From sequence record MK965969.1: DNA of 24,000 bases; one strand, given 5' to 3'. Origin of the DNA: Salmonella phage DaR-2019a. Each line of letters opens with the position of its first letter. Positions within the stretch are counted from its first letter, which is position 1. The notes under the pieces are model-generated. The model was not told where the DNA came from. It did not search any database and saw only the letters and a program-made list of their open reading frames with translations. This document shows, piece after piece, positions 1 to 7,992 of this stretch. Position numbers and translations under genes: made by a program.

Positions 1-2
1 TG

Positions 3-1307
3 AAACTGAATACTGTACCATGTAGCCGTGGTGATTTTGCATTCACAACTTTAACATTTGGTTTACTTGACTCAGACATGTCTAATGAAGACAACCGACT
101 ACAATACATGATTGCAAGTACTCTCCTAGATGTTCGTATGAATGGACAAGGTAAGAGCAAAAAACCTGTTGTATTTCCTAAACTGGTTTATATCTATGAC
201 CAGAAGAGACACGATGAGAATATCTGTCAAGGACACCTGTACAGTAAAGCTATTGAGTGTTGCTCTAAAGCAATGTATCCAGATTTCTTAAGTGTATCTG
301 GTCATGGTGCTGTAGCAGAGGCTTTTGAGCGTTCTGGTAAGGTTATTTCACCGATGGGTTGTAGAGCCTTCCTATCTCCATATCTTAATGATAACGGAGA
401 GGAGTTCTATGTTGGTCGTGCTAATATTGGTGCTGTATCTTTGAACTTACCAATGATTTACCAGTATTCTAAAGAGAATGGTTTAGATTTCTGGGAAGAG
501 CTGGATAAGTACCTAGAAATGATTCGCAGCTTCCACAAGAAACGTTACGAAATGATTGCTAATATGCCAGCAAGTTCTAACCCTCTTGCATTCACACAAG
601 GTGGTCTGTACAAAGGCAATAAGAAACCTACTGACAAGGTTGGCTGGGATATCGTGAAGTCCTTCACAGCTTCTTTTGGGGTTACTGCGCTTGATGAGCT
701 ATCTGTTCTTGCTGAAGGTAAACGACTTCATGAAGTTGGAAGCTGTAGTTTTGCATATGATGTTCTGGAATATATCAACATGAAGACTGAAGAGTTTAAA
801 AATGAAGATGGCTTCTTATATGCGGTATATGGCACTCCAGCAGAATCACTTTGTGGAACTCAGTTAAAACAGTTCAGAGATATGTTTGGCGTTATTAAAG
901 GTGTCTCTGACAAGGAATACTTTACAAACAGTTTCCATATGAATGTTGCAGCAGACATCTCACCATTTGAGAAGCAGGACTTAGAAGAACCTTTCTTCCA
1001 TATCTGTAGAGGTGGTAGAATCCAGTATGTAAGGGTAGCTAATCCAGAAAACTTAGCAGCACTTAAAAGTTGTATTACCAGAGGGATGTTGAAGGGTTTT
1101 TATCAGGGACTTAACTTTGACTTAGCAATCTGTGAACATTGTGGTAACAGACCAAAGGCTGATGTTGAAGAATGTGAGGTCTGCCATTCACATGACATCT
1201 CTGTGATTAACAGGGTGTGTGGGTACTTGTCATTCACAAAAATTAAAGGGCAGTCTCGAATGAATGACGCTAAGATGGCAGAAATTAAGGATAGGGTTTC
1301 TATGTAG
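3..1307 (+). CDS. nrdD: Anaerobic ribonucleoside-triphosphate reductase large subunit, C-terminal part; 5' end beyond window
   Basis: Frame is open to the window edge (KLNTVPCSRGDFAFTTLTFGLLDSD-MSNEDN...), so the listed start at 78 is an internal Met. C-terminus has CEHCG...CEVCH cysteine pairs and the RVCGYLS glycyl-radical motif. Confidence 0.95.
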   Translation, partial: KLNTVPCSRGDFAFTTLTFGLLDSDMSNEDNRLQYMIASTLLDVRMNGQGKSKKPVVFPKLVYIYDQKRHDENICQGHLYSKAIECCSKAMYPDFLSVSGHGAVAEAFERSGKVISPMGCRAFLSPYLNDNGEEFYVGRANIGAVSLNLPMIYQYSKENGLDFWEELDKYLEMIRSFHKKRYEMIANMPASSNPLAFTQGGLYKGNKKPTDKVGWDIVKSFTASFGVTALDELSVLAEGKRLHEVGSCSFAYDVLEYINMKTEEFKNEDGFLYAVYGTPAESLCGTQLKQFRDMFGVIKGVSDKEYFTNSFHMNVAADISPFEKQDLEEPFFHICRGGRIQYVRVANPENLAALKSCITRGMLKGFYQGLNFDLAICEHCGNRPKADVEECEVCHSHDISVINRVCGYLSFTKIKGQSRMNDAKMAEIKDRVSM

Positions 1308-1314
1308 CATATAA

Positions 1315-1881
1315 ATGAATTACGAACTAATATATAATGCAATTATTAAGAAGGCACATTCTGAAAGGGGTGTGCCTCTGACATACTACAAATGTCAAGG
1401 TAAGGGTTATGAAAGACACCATATCATACCAGTATGTCTAGGTGGCGATAAAATTAGTGGAGATAATATTGCTTTACTTACACCTAGAGAGCATTATATA
1501 GCTCATAAATTACTGGTTAAGATGTATCCAAACAATCATAAGTTATGGTTCGCATGGCACAGGTTAGCTCATGATGGCCTAGATAGGAAAATATCATCCA
1601 GAGACTATGAAAAGGTAAGGGCTTTGAACTCGAAAGCCTTATCCATTGTGAACAAAGGTAGGGTTTTCACCGAAGAACATCGAAGACGACTAGGGGAATC
1701 CCAAATAGGAAATACAAAATCAAAAGGTTGTAAAAGGTCTATAGAAACAAGGAAGAAGATGTCAGAAGCCGGAAAAAAGCCAAAAGAAAAGAAAACCTGT
1801 CCTCATTGTGGCATGACTGGTGGTGCTGGTAACATGACTCGATATCATTTTGACAATTGTAAGAAAAATAACCTTATGTAA
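1315..1881 (+). CDS. HNH homing endonuclease with NUMOD3-like C-terminal repeats
   Basis: YERHHIIPVCLGGDKISGDNIALLTPREHYIAHKLL core; FTEEHRRRLGESQIG / SIETRKKMSEAGKK repeats; C-terminal CPHCG...H...C. Confidence 0.88.
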   Translation: MNYELIYNAIIKKAHSERGVPLTYYKCQGKGYERHHIIPVCLGGDKISGDNIALLTPREHYIAHKLLVKMYPNNHKLWFAWHRLAHDGLDRKISSRDYEKVRALNSKALSIVNKGRVFTEEHRRRLGESQIGNTKSKGCKRSIETRKKMSEAGKKPKEKKTCPHCGMTGGAGNMTRYHFDNCKKNNLM

Positions 1882-1889
1882 AACTTGAC

Positions 1890-1929
1890 AAGGTGATGTG
1901 GGTCTTGATAGGCTTACATCACCTTTTTT
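1890..1929 (+). terminator. Rho-independent terminator
   Basis: AAGGTGATGT ... ACATCACCTT 10-bp stem followed by T-run. Confidence 0.8.
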
Positions 1930-1943
1930 ATTGGATGTTATAT

Positions 1944-2060
1944 ATGGCAGAGAGTATTATTGTGTTGTTCATAGGTTCTGTCTTACTAGGGTTCTTTTTA
2001 GGAATCTCTTATTGTGAGTTGAGAGGCAAGTTAAAATGTTTAGGATATCAAAAACGATGA
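1944..2060 (+). CDS. Small membrane protein, 38 aa
   Basis: MAESIIVLFIGSVLLGFFLGISYCELRGKLKCLGYQKR; stop overlaps ATGA at 2057. Below the ORF-track length cutoff. Confidence 0.4.
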   Translation: MAESIIVLFIGSVLLGFFLGISYCELRGKLKCLGYQKR

Positions 2061-2236
2061 TATACATACTCCACATTCTAATCTTCTTCTTTGGGGTTAG
2101 TGTTATGGTATGGGGTTTTTCAGACCCACAATGGAGCTTCTCATATCATGGTCAGATGGATTTATGGTCATGCTTCAAACCATTTTTAGGATTAGCTATA
2201 GCATTCAGTACATTACCAACTAAGGTGAAATTATGA
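2057..2236 (+). CDS. Small membrane protein (start revised from 2036)
   Basis: ATGA stop/start overlap with the preceding small ORF; MIYILHILIFFFGVSVMVWGF hydrophobic segment. Confidence 0.45.
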   Translation: MIYILHILIFFFGVSVMVWGFSDPQWSFSYHGQMDLWSCFKPFLGLAIAFSTLPTKVKL

Positions 2237-2628
2237 TTAAGTTAAGCCAAAAACAATTAGAGTGGATTAAAGATTATGCCTCAGAGTGTGGCTCTTGCGA
2301 AAAGAATCACGTAAGATACTCAACATTCCATACGACCTTCACACTGTATATCGGTGAAAATGTTCTAAGTGATTCTGTAGAAGATGGTGTAGCATTGCCT
2401 AATGAATTGCTTGACAAATTAGCTGTAGTCACTGGAACTTGGTCTGAAGAAGACGGTCATGAACTATCTAACGATGTTGTCTTCTACAGTCTTGAAAACA
2501 TTATGAATCCAGAGTACATTATGCTAATGACTTGCGCACAAGATTGTGTACCATTACAAAACTTCATTAAAGAGCACTGTGAAGAATTTATTACTAAACA
2601 GGTTCCTTGTCAGGTGGTGTTTGAATGA
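2233..2628 (+). CDS. Hypothetical protein, 131 aa
   Basis: ORF overlapping the upstream stop, codirectional operon. Confidence 0.7.
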   Translation: MIKLSQKQLEWIKDYASECGSCEKNHVRYSTFHTTFTLYIGENVLSDSVEDGVALPNELLDKLAVVTGTWSEEDGHELSNDVVFYSLENIMNPEYIMLMTCAQDCVPLQNFIKEHCEEFITKQVPCQVVFE

Positions 2629-2687
2629 GTAAAACAATTCGAAGAAAAGGTTTAAAGAACGTTTATATTTATTGGTGAGGTGACTAG

Positions 2688-3173
2688 ATGAATTACATGG
2701 AGATTAGACCATTTGACACAGCTAATGGTGAAGGGGTTCGTGTAAGCCTCTTCGTAGCTGGTTGTAAGCATCACTGCGAAGGCTGCTTTAACAAGGAATC
2801 TTGGAAGTTTAATGCTGGTAAAGAGTTCACTTATGCAAACCTTTATGGCATCATTAAGTTAATGGATGACAATGCCATCAGTGGGCTGTCAATACTTGGT
2901 GGAGAACCTCTGGATGATAGAAATATTCAAGAGGTTACCAACATATGTAAACGTATTAAAACCGTTTACCCAGAAAAATCTATCTGGCTCTGGACAGGTT
3001 TTCAGTTACATGAAAAAATTCACCTTGATGTGATGAAATATGTTGACGTGGTGATTGATGGTAAGTATGATTCATCTAAACCAACAGTTAAACCATATCG
3101 TGGTTCAGATAACCAAAACCTCTGGAGAAAAGAGTACGGATGGCAAGGTGATTGTCAGTGGAGAGCAGAGTGA
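2688..3173 (+). CDS. nrdG: Anaerobic ribonucleotide reductase activating protein (radical SAM)
   Basis: GVRVSLFVAGCKHHCEGCFNKESW (CxxxCxxC), SILGGEPLDDRN, KSIWLWTGF, YVDVVIDGKY; length like phage NrdG. Confidence 0.95.
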   Translation: MNYMEIRPFDTANGEGVRVSLFVAGCKHHCEGCFNKESWKFNAGKEFTYANLYGIIKLMDDNAISGLSILGGEPLDDRNIQEVTNICKRIKTVYPEKSIWLWTGFQLHEKIHLDVMKYVDVVIDGKYDSSKPTVKPYRGSDNQNLWRKEYGWQGDCQWRAE

Positions 3174-3269
3174 TTATTCTGGCAAATGGACTAAGGTATA
3201 ACTCCAATTGGTATCACTGAAGAAGAACTTCATAAGCTCTGTATTAAACTTTAATGAGAGAGATTAAAA

Positions 3270-3536
3270 ATGGGAATTTTAGGTAATATGAAAGCTGGAT
3301 TCTTGAAAGCACTGGCAAAAGCAGCAGCAATTGTTTCTATGACTGGAAAGCAGGTCGGTGTAGATGCTTCAGCGGTTGCACAGATTCTTACAAGCCAAAT
3401 TGAACAGCAGCCTTACATCTATGTAGGACGTGGTAAAGGTGGTAAGAAACAAGCCCACAGCCAGTCTGGTGCAGCAGCTATTAAACGAGCAGCTAAGAAA
3501 GCTCGTAACCGTAAACGTAACAAGAAGGCTAAATAA
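3270..3536 (+). CDS. Hypothetical small protein with very basic C-terminal tail
   Basis: ORF with GAGAG RBS; tail GRGKGGKKQAHSQSGAAAIKRAAKKARNRKRNKKAK. Confidence 0.75.
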   Translation: MGILGNMKAGFLKALAKAAAIVSMTGKQVGVDASAVAQILTSQIEQQPYIYVGRGKGGKKQAHSQSGAAAIKRAAKKARNRKRNKKAK

Positions 3537-3538
3537 CC

Positions 3539-3859
3539 ATGAGCAAAGTTTATAACACTCGCAAATTACAGATTTTCGTACTGTGCCAGTTTATGGCTAA
3601 AGAATATAACTTCTACTATTGTGGTACAGGTTTTATTAGCGATGATGATGGCTCATACCTACCATTCAAAGAAGCTGTGAAGCTCTTTAATGAAGAGAAA
3701 AACTCTAAGAAAGATATCGAAAAGGTCAAGCTAACCTATAGCAAGAAAGATAAGAAGATTATCTGCCTAGATAACTTTGTAAAAGTTACTGGAGAAGCAA
3801 AAGAGTTTATGGATGAGAGTGAGATTTCATTCACAAGCATCTTGAAAGTAGCTCAGTAA
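3539..3859 (+). CDS. Hypothetical protein, 106 aa
   Basis: ORF directly after the upstream stop, terminator follows. Confidence 0.7.
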   Translation: MSKVYNTRKLQIFVLCQFMAKEYNFYYCGTGFISDDDGSYLPFKEAVKLFNEEKNSKKDIEKVKLTYSKKDKKIICLDNFVKVTGEAKEFMDESEISFTSILKVAQ

Positions 3860-3870
3860 ACAGATACTAT

Positions 3871-3898
3871 AAGGGAACTGTAAAGGTTCCCTTTTTAT
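3871..3898 (+). terminator. Rho-independent terminator
   Basis: AAGGGAAC tgtaaag GTTCCCTT TTT. Confidence 0.8.
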
Positions 3899-3910
3899 TT
3901 TGGAGATAAA

Positions 3911-4426
3911 ATGTATCTGTCAAACCTGAAACGTTCGGCTGCAATGTCAGTCCTAAGACTCAGCTTTGAGGAACGTCAAGAGTTCATTGACTCCCACCAA
4001 TACGACCCTTCTAACTCGAATCACATGGTTCTTTGGAATCGTGATAACTTCCGTGAAAGAGCACTTGTCCGTTATTACCCACACTATACAATAGATAACC
4101 TGTATGAATGGTGTGTTGTGAAGAACACTATTGCAACACTGAACAATCTTTGCAGGTATACAGGTAAGCAAGCATTTACATTAGGCCACCACAAACCTGT
4201 TACAAAGGGTGGTGAGCATCACTGTGCAAACTGGTTTATCCAGACTAAGCTCGATAACCAGAAGCAAGGAGATAACCTTCTAAGCACACCTAAGATGACC
4301 TATGAAGAGCAAGAGAAATATATCAAAAATAATATGCCAGATGTGCTTGACAACAACTATACAGATTTGGCAATATCTCTCCTGTTGAAGTTCGAGACAG
4401 TTTATAGGGCAACTTATAATGGCTAA
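3911..4426 (+). CDS. Putative HNH-like endonuclease
   Basis: GHHKPVTKGGEHHCANWFIQTKLDNQKQGD resembles the HNH pattern (DHxxPxSKGGxxxxxNxxxxxxxxNxxKGD). Confidence 0.5.
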   Translation: MYLSNLKRSAAMSVLRLSFEERQEFIDSHQYDPSNSNHMVLWNRDNFRERALVRYYPHYTIDNLYEWCVVKNTIATLNNLCRYTGKQAFTLGHHKPVTKGGEHHCANWFIQTKLDNQKQGDNLLSTPKMTYEEQEKYIKNNMPDVLDNNYTDLAISLLLKFETVYRATYNG

Positions 4427-4697
4427 AGAGAAGTGGGAGATTTTACCATTAGTCAGTGAAGGTGGTAATGGTTGTGAAATGTACATGATACGTGGTCATG
4501 TTCCAGAACCAATTGCACTTGAGATGGTAAACAACTTTACAGATGGCTCTTACAAAGACTTAGGGGAGCCAACTATAAAGCAGCAATGGGTAAAGCCTGT
4601 ACCAGACAGCACAGGTAACTGTAGTGTACTTTATCACGTTGTAGACCCTGCAAAATGCAAATCTGCAATGGCAGTAACAAACGTAACTTTTGATTGA
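4419..4697 (+). CDS. Hypothetical protein, 92 aa
   Basis: ORF overlapping the upstream stop. Confidence 0.65.
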   Translation: MAKEKWEILPLVSEGGNGCEMYMIRGHVPEPIALEMVNNFTDGSYKDLGEPTIKQQWVKPVPDSTGNCSVLYHVVDPAKCKSAMAVTNVTFD

Positions 4698-4708
4698 GAG
4701 AGAAAACT

Positions 4709-5590
4709 ATGAAAACATCTATCCGTGTTACAGTTCATTCACCAACTAAAGGGACTCATGAAGAAGAGTTTAACATCGTCCAATTTCCTTCTGGTGAGAT
4801 TGGTGGACATTTTTCACCAGAGTTTGTTGATTTTACTGCTTATGCTGCATCATCCATCAACAACGTGATTATGATTGTAAAGGGTTATGACAAAGACACA
4901 TTATTTGCTGTGGCACTTGCTAAAGAGGCAATTGATGATTTAGTACCTCATAAGTTTGCTATGAAGACTGCTATCTTTTACTATTTGCCAAATGCACGTT
5001 ACGACCGTCACATGTTTAAAGGCGATGCAGCAGCTTTGAAAGTGTTTGCACAACAGGTTAATGCAATGGGTTTTGATGCAGTCTGTGCAGTTGACCCTCA
5101 TAGTTACGTTCCAGATAACCTTTTCAACTGCTTCCAGAGTATTCCTCAAAAGGAGATTGCAGTCCACTATGCAAATGACCCTCTGATTGATTACTTAGTA
5201 GCCCCAGATGCAGGTGCTTCTAAGAAGATTGCAGAGACTGCTAAAGAGGTGGATAAACCATACATCACAATGTCTAAAGTGCGTAACCTTAAGACTGGTG
5301 AAATTACTGGTATGCGAATCCTTGATGATGTTGATTTGACAGATAAAACCGTCATGATTCTGGATGATATCTGTGATGGTGGTCGAACCTTCGTAGAAGC
5401 AGCAAAACATCTTCGTGAAGCAGGTGCAAAACGTGTGGAACTTTATGTAACACATGGTATCTTCTCTAAAGATGTTGAAAACCTTCTTGACAACGGTATC
5501 GACCATATTTACACTACAAACTCTTTAGGCGAAGCTAAAGACCGTGGCTTAACACATTATAGTCAAGTTACTGTAGCAAACCTTGATTGA
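4709..5590 (+). CDS. Ribose-phosphate pyrophosphokinase-like (Prs family); candidate ADP-ribose pyrophosphate synthetase
   Basis: YLPNARYDRHM, CAVDPHS, VIVAPDAGASKK-like LVAPDAGASKK, and PRPP-binding VMILDDICDGGRTF. ATG at 4709 has GAGAG RBS; listed start 4694 is TTG. Confidence 0.85.
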   Translation: MKTSIRVTVHSPTKGTHEEEFNIVQFPSGEIGGHFSPEFVDFTAYAASSINNVIMIVKGYDKDTLFAVALAKEAIDDLVPHKFAMKTAIFYYLPNARYDRHMFKGDAAALKVFAQQVNAMGFDAVCAVDPHSYVPDNLFNCFQSIPQKEIAVHYANDPLIDYLVAPDAGASKKIAETAKEVDKPYITMSKVRNLKTGEITGMRILDDVDLTDKTVMILDDICDGGRTFVEAAKHLREAGAKRVELYVTHGIFSKDVENLLDNGIDHIYTTNSLGEAKDRGLTHYSQVTVANLD

Positions 5591-5599
5591 AAGTTTATA

Positions 5600-5620
5600 G
5601 GGGCTTTTAAGCCCCATTTT
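5600..5620 (+). terminator. Hairpin terminator (weak T tract)
   Basis: GGGGCTTTTAAGCCCC followed by ATTTTG. Confidence 0.55.
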
Positions 5621-5635
5621 GAGAGAGATTAAAAG

Positions 5636-7417
5636 ATGACTAAATCACTTTATGCAGTACCAGCAGGTTTAAACGCAGATGCTTACAAATCTGGTCATGT
5701 TTACCAGTATCCTAGTGCAACAGAGTACTTGATGTTCAACCTGACACCACGTAGCGATAAATGGTTTAATAGCCCCTTAGCAATTGATGGTGTAGTGGCT
5801 TTTGGTATTCAACGTTTTGTTAAAGATTACTTGATAGACCACTGGAACGCCACTTTCTTTGAACGTGATAAGAAAGAAGCAATTGATGAAATCTTAGAAG
5901 TCATGAATGGTGTTCTGGGTAAAGATGCTATCGGTCGAGAGCATTGGGAAGCACTTCACGACTTAGGTTATCTACCAGTTGAAGTATACGCTGTAGAAGA
6001 AGGCACAGTTGTCCCTATGCGTGTTCCAATGATTGTCTTCCAGAACACTGTTTCAGGTTTCCATTGGGTAGCAGGTTATCTGGAAGATGCTTTCTCTGCT
6101 GAGATTTGGAAGGCTTGCACCATTGCGACTATCGCATTGCACTACAAACGTATCTGTAAGAAGTGGGCTGACCTTACTTGCGACAACGACTTACATTTAC
6201 CTTATCAGTGCCATGACTTTGCTATGCGTGGTATGTCCGGCTTTACTGATGACGCATTTAATGCTGTAGGTCACTTAACCAGCTTTAAAGGGACTGATAG
6301 CTTCCCTGCTGTATACACAGCTAAACGTATCTATGGACAGTCTTACCCAATCTCTGATATTGGCAGTTCTGTACCAGCCACTGAACACTCTGTGATGTGT
6401 GCAAACATTGCTTGGGAAGGTGGTAACGAGTTGGTTGAAGAAGAAAGACGTTTTAAAGGTGAGTTGCAAACCTTCCGTCGTTTCTTAACAGAAACTTACC
6501 CAACTGGTATTGCAAGTATTGTTTCAGATACTTATAACTTCTGGAGAACTGTGTCAGAAATCTTACCAGCACTTCGTAAAGAAATTATGGAACGTGATGG
6601 TAAGCTGGTAATTCGCCCTGACTCTGGAGACCCTGTACATATTGTCACAGGTTATAAAGCAATCCACTTAGAGTGTGCTAAAAAGGCTTACTACGAGCAC
6701 CTAAGCAAGCTAGAGGCAAGTGATACAATGCTGAACTCTGTCCTGAACATGAAGCTTGAAAACATTAGTTACGGTATTGCTGGATGGCTACTGTCAGAAG
6801 GCTATGAAATGGTTGTTGACAGAGAAGACTTTGAAGCTGCTGATACGGTGATGTTGAAAGATGCTTATATGGTTGGTTCTGCAAACGTTGTAACACGCCC
6901 TGTAGCGGAGATTGATGGAGCTATTAAGACACTGTACAACATCTTTGGGGGAACTATTAACTCTAAAGGGTTTAAGGTACTGGATGAGCACATCGGCCTT
7001 ATCTATGGTGACTCTATCACACTGGAACGTGCAAACGAAATCCTGAAGCGTCTGTATGAAATGGGTTTTGCAAGCTCTAACGTAGTGTTTGGTGTAGGCT
7101 CTTACACTTACCAGTACATGACTCGTGACACCTTTGCATTTGCTGTCAAAGCAACTCTTGCAAGCATTGGTGGTAAAGAGATTATGCTTGCAAAAGACCC
7201 TAAAACAGATAGTGGTGTTAAGAAATCTGCCTTTGGTGGTGTAGCACCTATGTGGGATGGTGATAAGCTGAAAGCTGTAGATGGCTATGGATTCCAGAGT
7301 TTTGCAGATGTACTTGACCACCCAGCTTGTGCTTTACGTTTAGTCTTTAGTGACTCTGAGCAGTTTGGTTACACAACTCTTGGTGATATTCGAAATAATA
7401 TTGACAAGCAGCTTTAA
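5636..7417 (+). CDS. Nicotinamide phosphoribosyltransferase-like (NadV/NAMPT family); candidate nicotinamide ADPR transferase
   Basis: FHDFAMRGMSG-like CHDFAMRGMSGFTDDAF, IGSSVPATEHSVM, VIRPDSGDP, NIFGGTINSKGFKVLDEHIGLIYGDSITLERA, GVGSYTYQYMTRDTF. Confidence 0.92.
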   Translation: MTKSLYAVPAGLNADAYKSGHVYQYPSATEYLMFNLTPRSDKWFNSPLAIDGVVAFGIQRFVKDYLIDHWNATFFERDKKEAIDEILEVMNGVLGKDAIGREHWEALHDLGYLPVEVYAVEEGTVVPMRVPMIVFQNTVSGFHWVAGYLEDAFSAEIWKACTIATIALHYKRICKKWADLTCDNDLHLPYQCHDFAMRGMSGFTDDAFNAVGHLTSFKGTDSFPAVYTAKRIYGQSYPISDIGSSVPATEHSVMCANIAWEGGNELVEEERRFKGELQTFRRFLTETYPTGIASIVSDTYNFWRTVSEILPALRKEIMERDGKLVIRPDSGDPVHIVTGYKAIHLECAKKAYYEHLSKLEASDTMLNSVLNMKLENISYGIAGWLLSEGYEMVVDREDFEAADTVMLKDAYMVGSANVVTRPVAEIDGAIKTLYNIFGGTINSKGFKVLDEHIGLIYGDSITLERANEILKRLYEMGFASSNVVFGVGSYTYQYMTRDTFAFAVKATLASIGGKEIMLAKDPKTDSGVKKSAFGGVAPMWDGDKLKAVDGYGFQSFADVLDHPACALRLVFSDSEQFGYTTLGDIRNNIDKQL

Positions 7418-7431
7418 AAGTATATGATAAG

Positions 7432-7454
7432 AGGCTCCTACGGGAGCCTTTTTA
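7432..7454 (+). terminator. Rho-independent terminator with UACG loop
   Basis: AGGCTCC TACG GGAGCCT TTTT. Confidence 0.85.
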
Positions 7455-7470
7455 ATTTCTGGAGAAAGAT

Positions 7471-7806
7471 ATGAAAATCAAAGAGATGAACATTAACGTT
7501 GTCCTAGAAGAACGTTGGGAAAACATTAAGAAGCCTGAAGATGGTAAAAAGTTTCTTAACAAAATTTTAGTAGCAGCTAAAGAAGAACTGACTGGTAAGG
7601 TTGCAGCAGCAATCACAATAAAGGTTTGTGTAAAAGGTCTCTCAGACAATCACCAATTTGCACTTGACGAGTTTAAAGAAAGCTTCTACAATCCAAACAA
7701 ACAGGTGCTTGAAAGTAACTTTGCAGTGTCTACAAGTATCGTCCATGACAGAAGCTTTATCCTTTACAAGAATATGAGAGGTGAGTCATGCAAGCATATT
7801 GGGTAG
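7471..7806 (+). CDS. Hypothetical protein, 111 aa
   Basis: ORF with GGAG RBS. Confidence 0.7.
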   Translation: MKIKEMNINVVLEERWENIKKPEDGKKFLNKILVAAKEELTGKVAAAITIKVCVKGLSDNHQFALDEFKESFYNPNKQVLESNFAVSTSIVHDRSFILYKNMRGESCKHIG

Positions 7807-7964
7807 AAATTTTACTGTCACTTGGTAGTGTAGCAGTATTTGTTTACCTTCTTTGCAAGTACTATGCAGAGTGCAAGAAGTGTGATTACTGCAACGGGGA
7901 AGGGTATACAAGAGCAGGTTGTTGCCCTATTTGTGGTGGTTCTGGTAAAATGTTTAATAAGTAA
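7788..7964 (+). CDS. 58-aa membrane-anchored protein with DnaJ-type zinc motif
   Basis: MQAYWVEILLSLGSVAVFVYLLCKYYAECKKCDYCNGEGYTRAGCCPICGGSGKMFNK: one hydrophobic helix plus CDYCNGEG and CPICGGSG (two CxxCxGxG). GGTGAG RBS. Absent from the ORF track. Confidence 0.75.
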   Translation: MQAYWVEILLSLGSVAVFVYLLCKYYAECKKCDYCNGEGYTRAGCCPICGGSGKMFNK

Positions 7965-7992
7965 TTTAACAGTAAACTAAGAGGAAAGTATT

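Noticed and set aside
1885-1913. TTGACA next to the terminator after the HNH gene as a promoter
   Set aside because: No convincing -10 at 16-18 nt; the hairpin plus T tract is better explained as a terminator.
3174-3260. Possible frameshifted extension of nrdG (GITPIGITEEELHKLCIKL in another frame)
   Set aside because: The NrdG product already ends at the length and sequence position expected for phage NrdG; no slippery site seen.
6794-7321. 175-aa minus-strand ORF inside the NAMPT-like gene, plus many other minus-strand ORFs in the track
   Set aside because: All lie opposite well-supported + strand genes, lack RBS and domain signals, and look like shadow ORFs.
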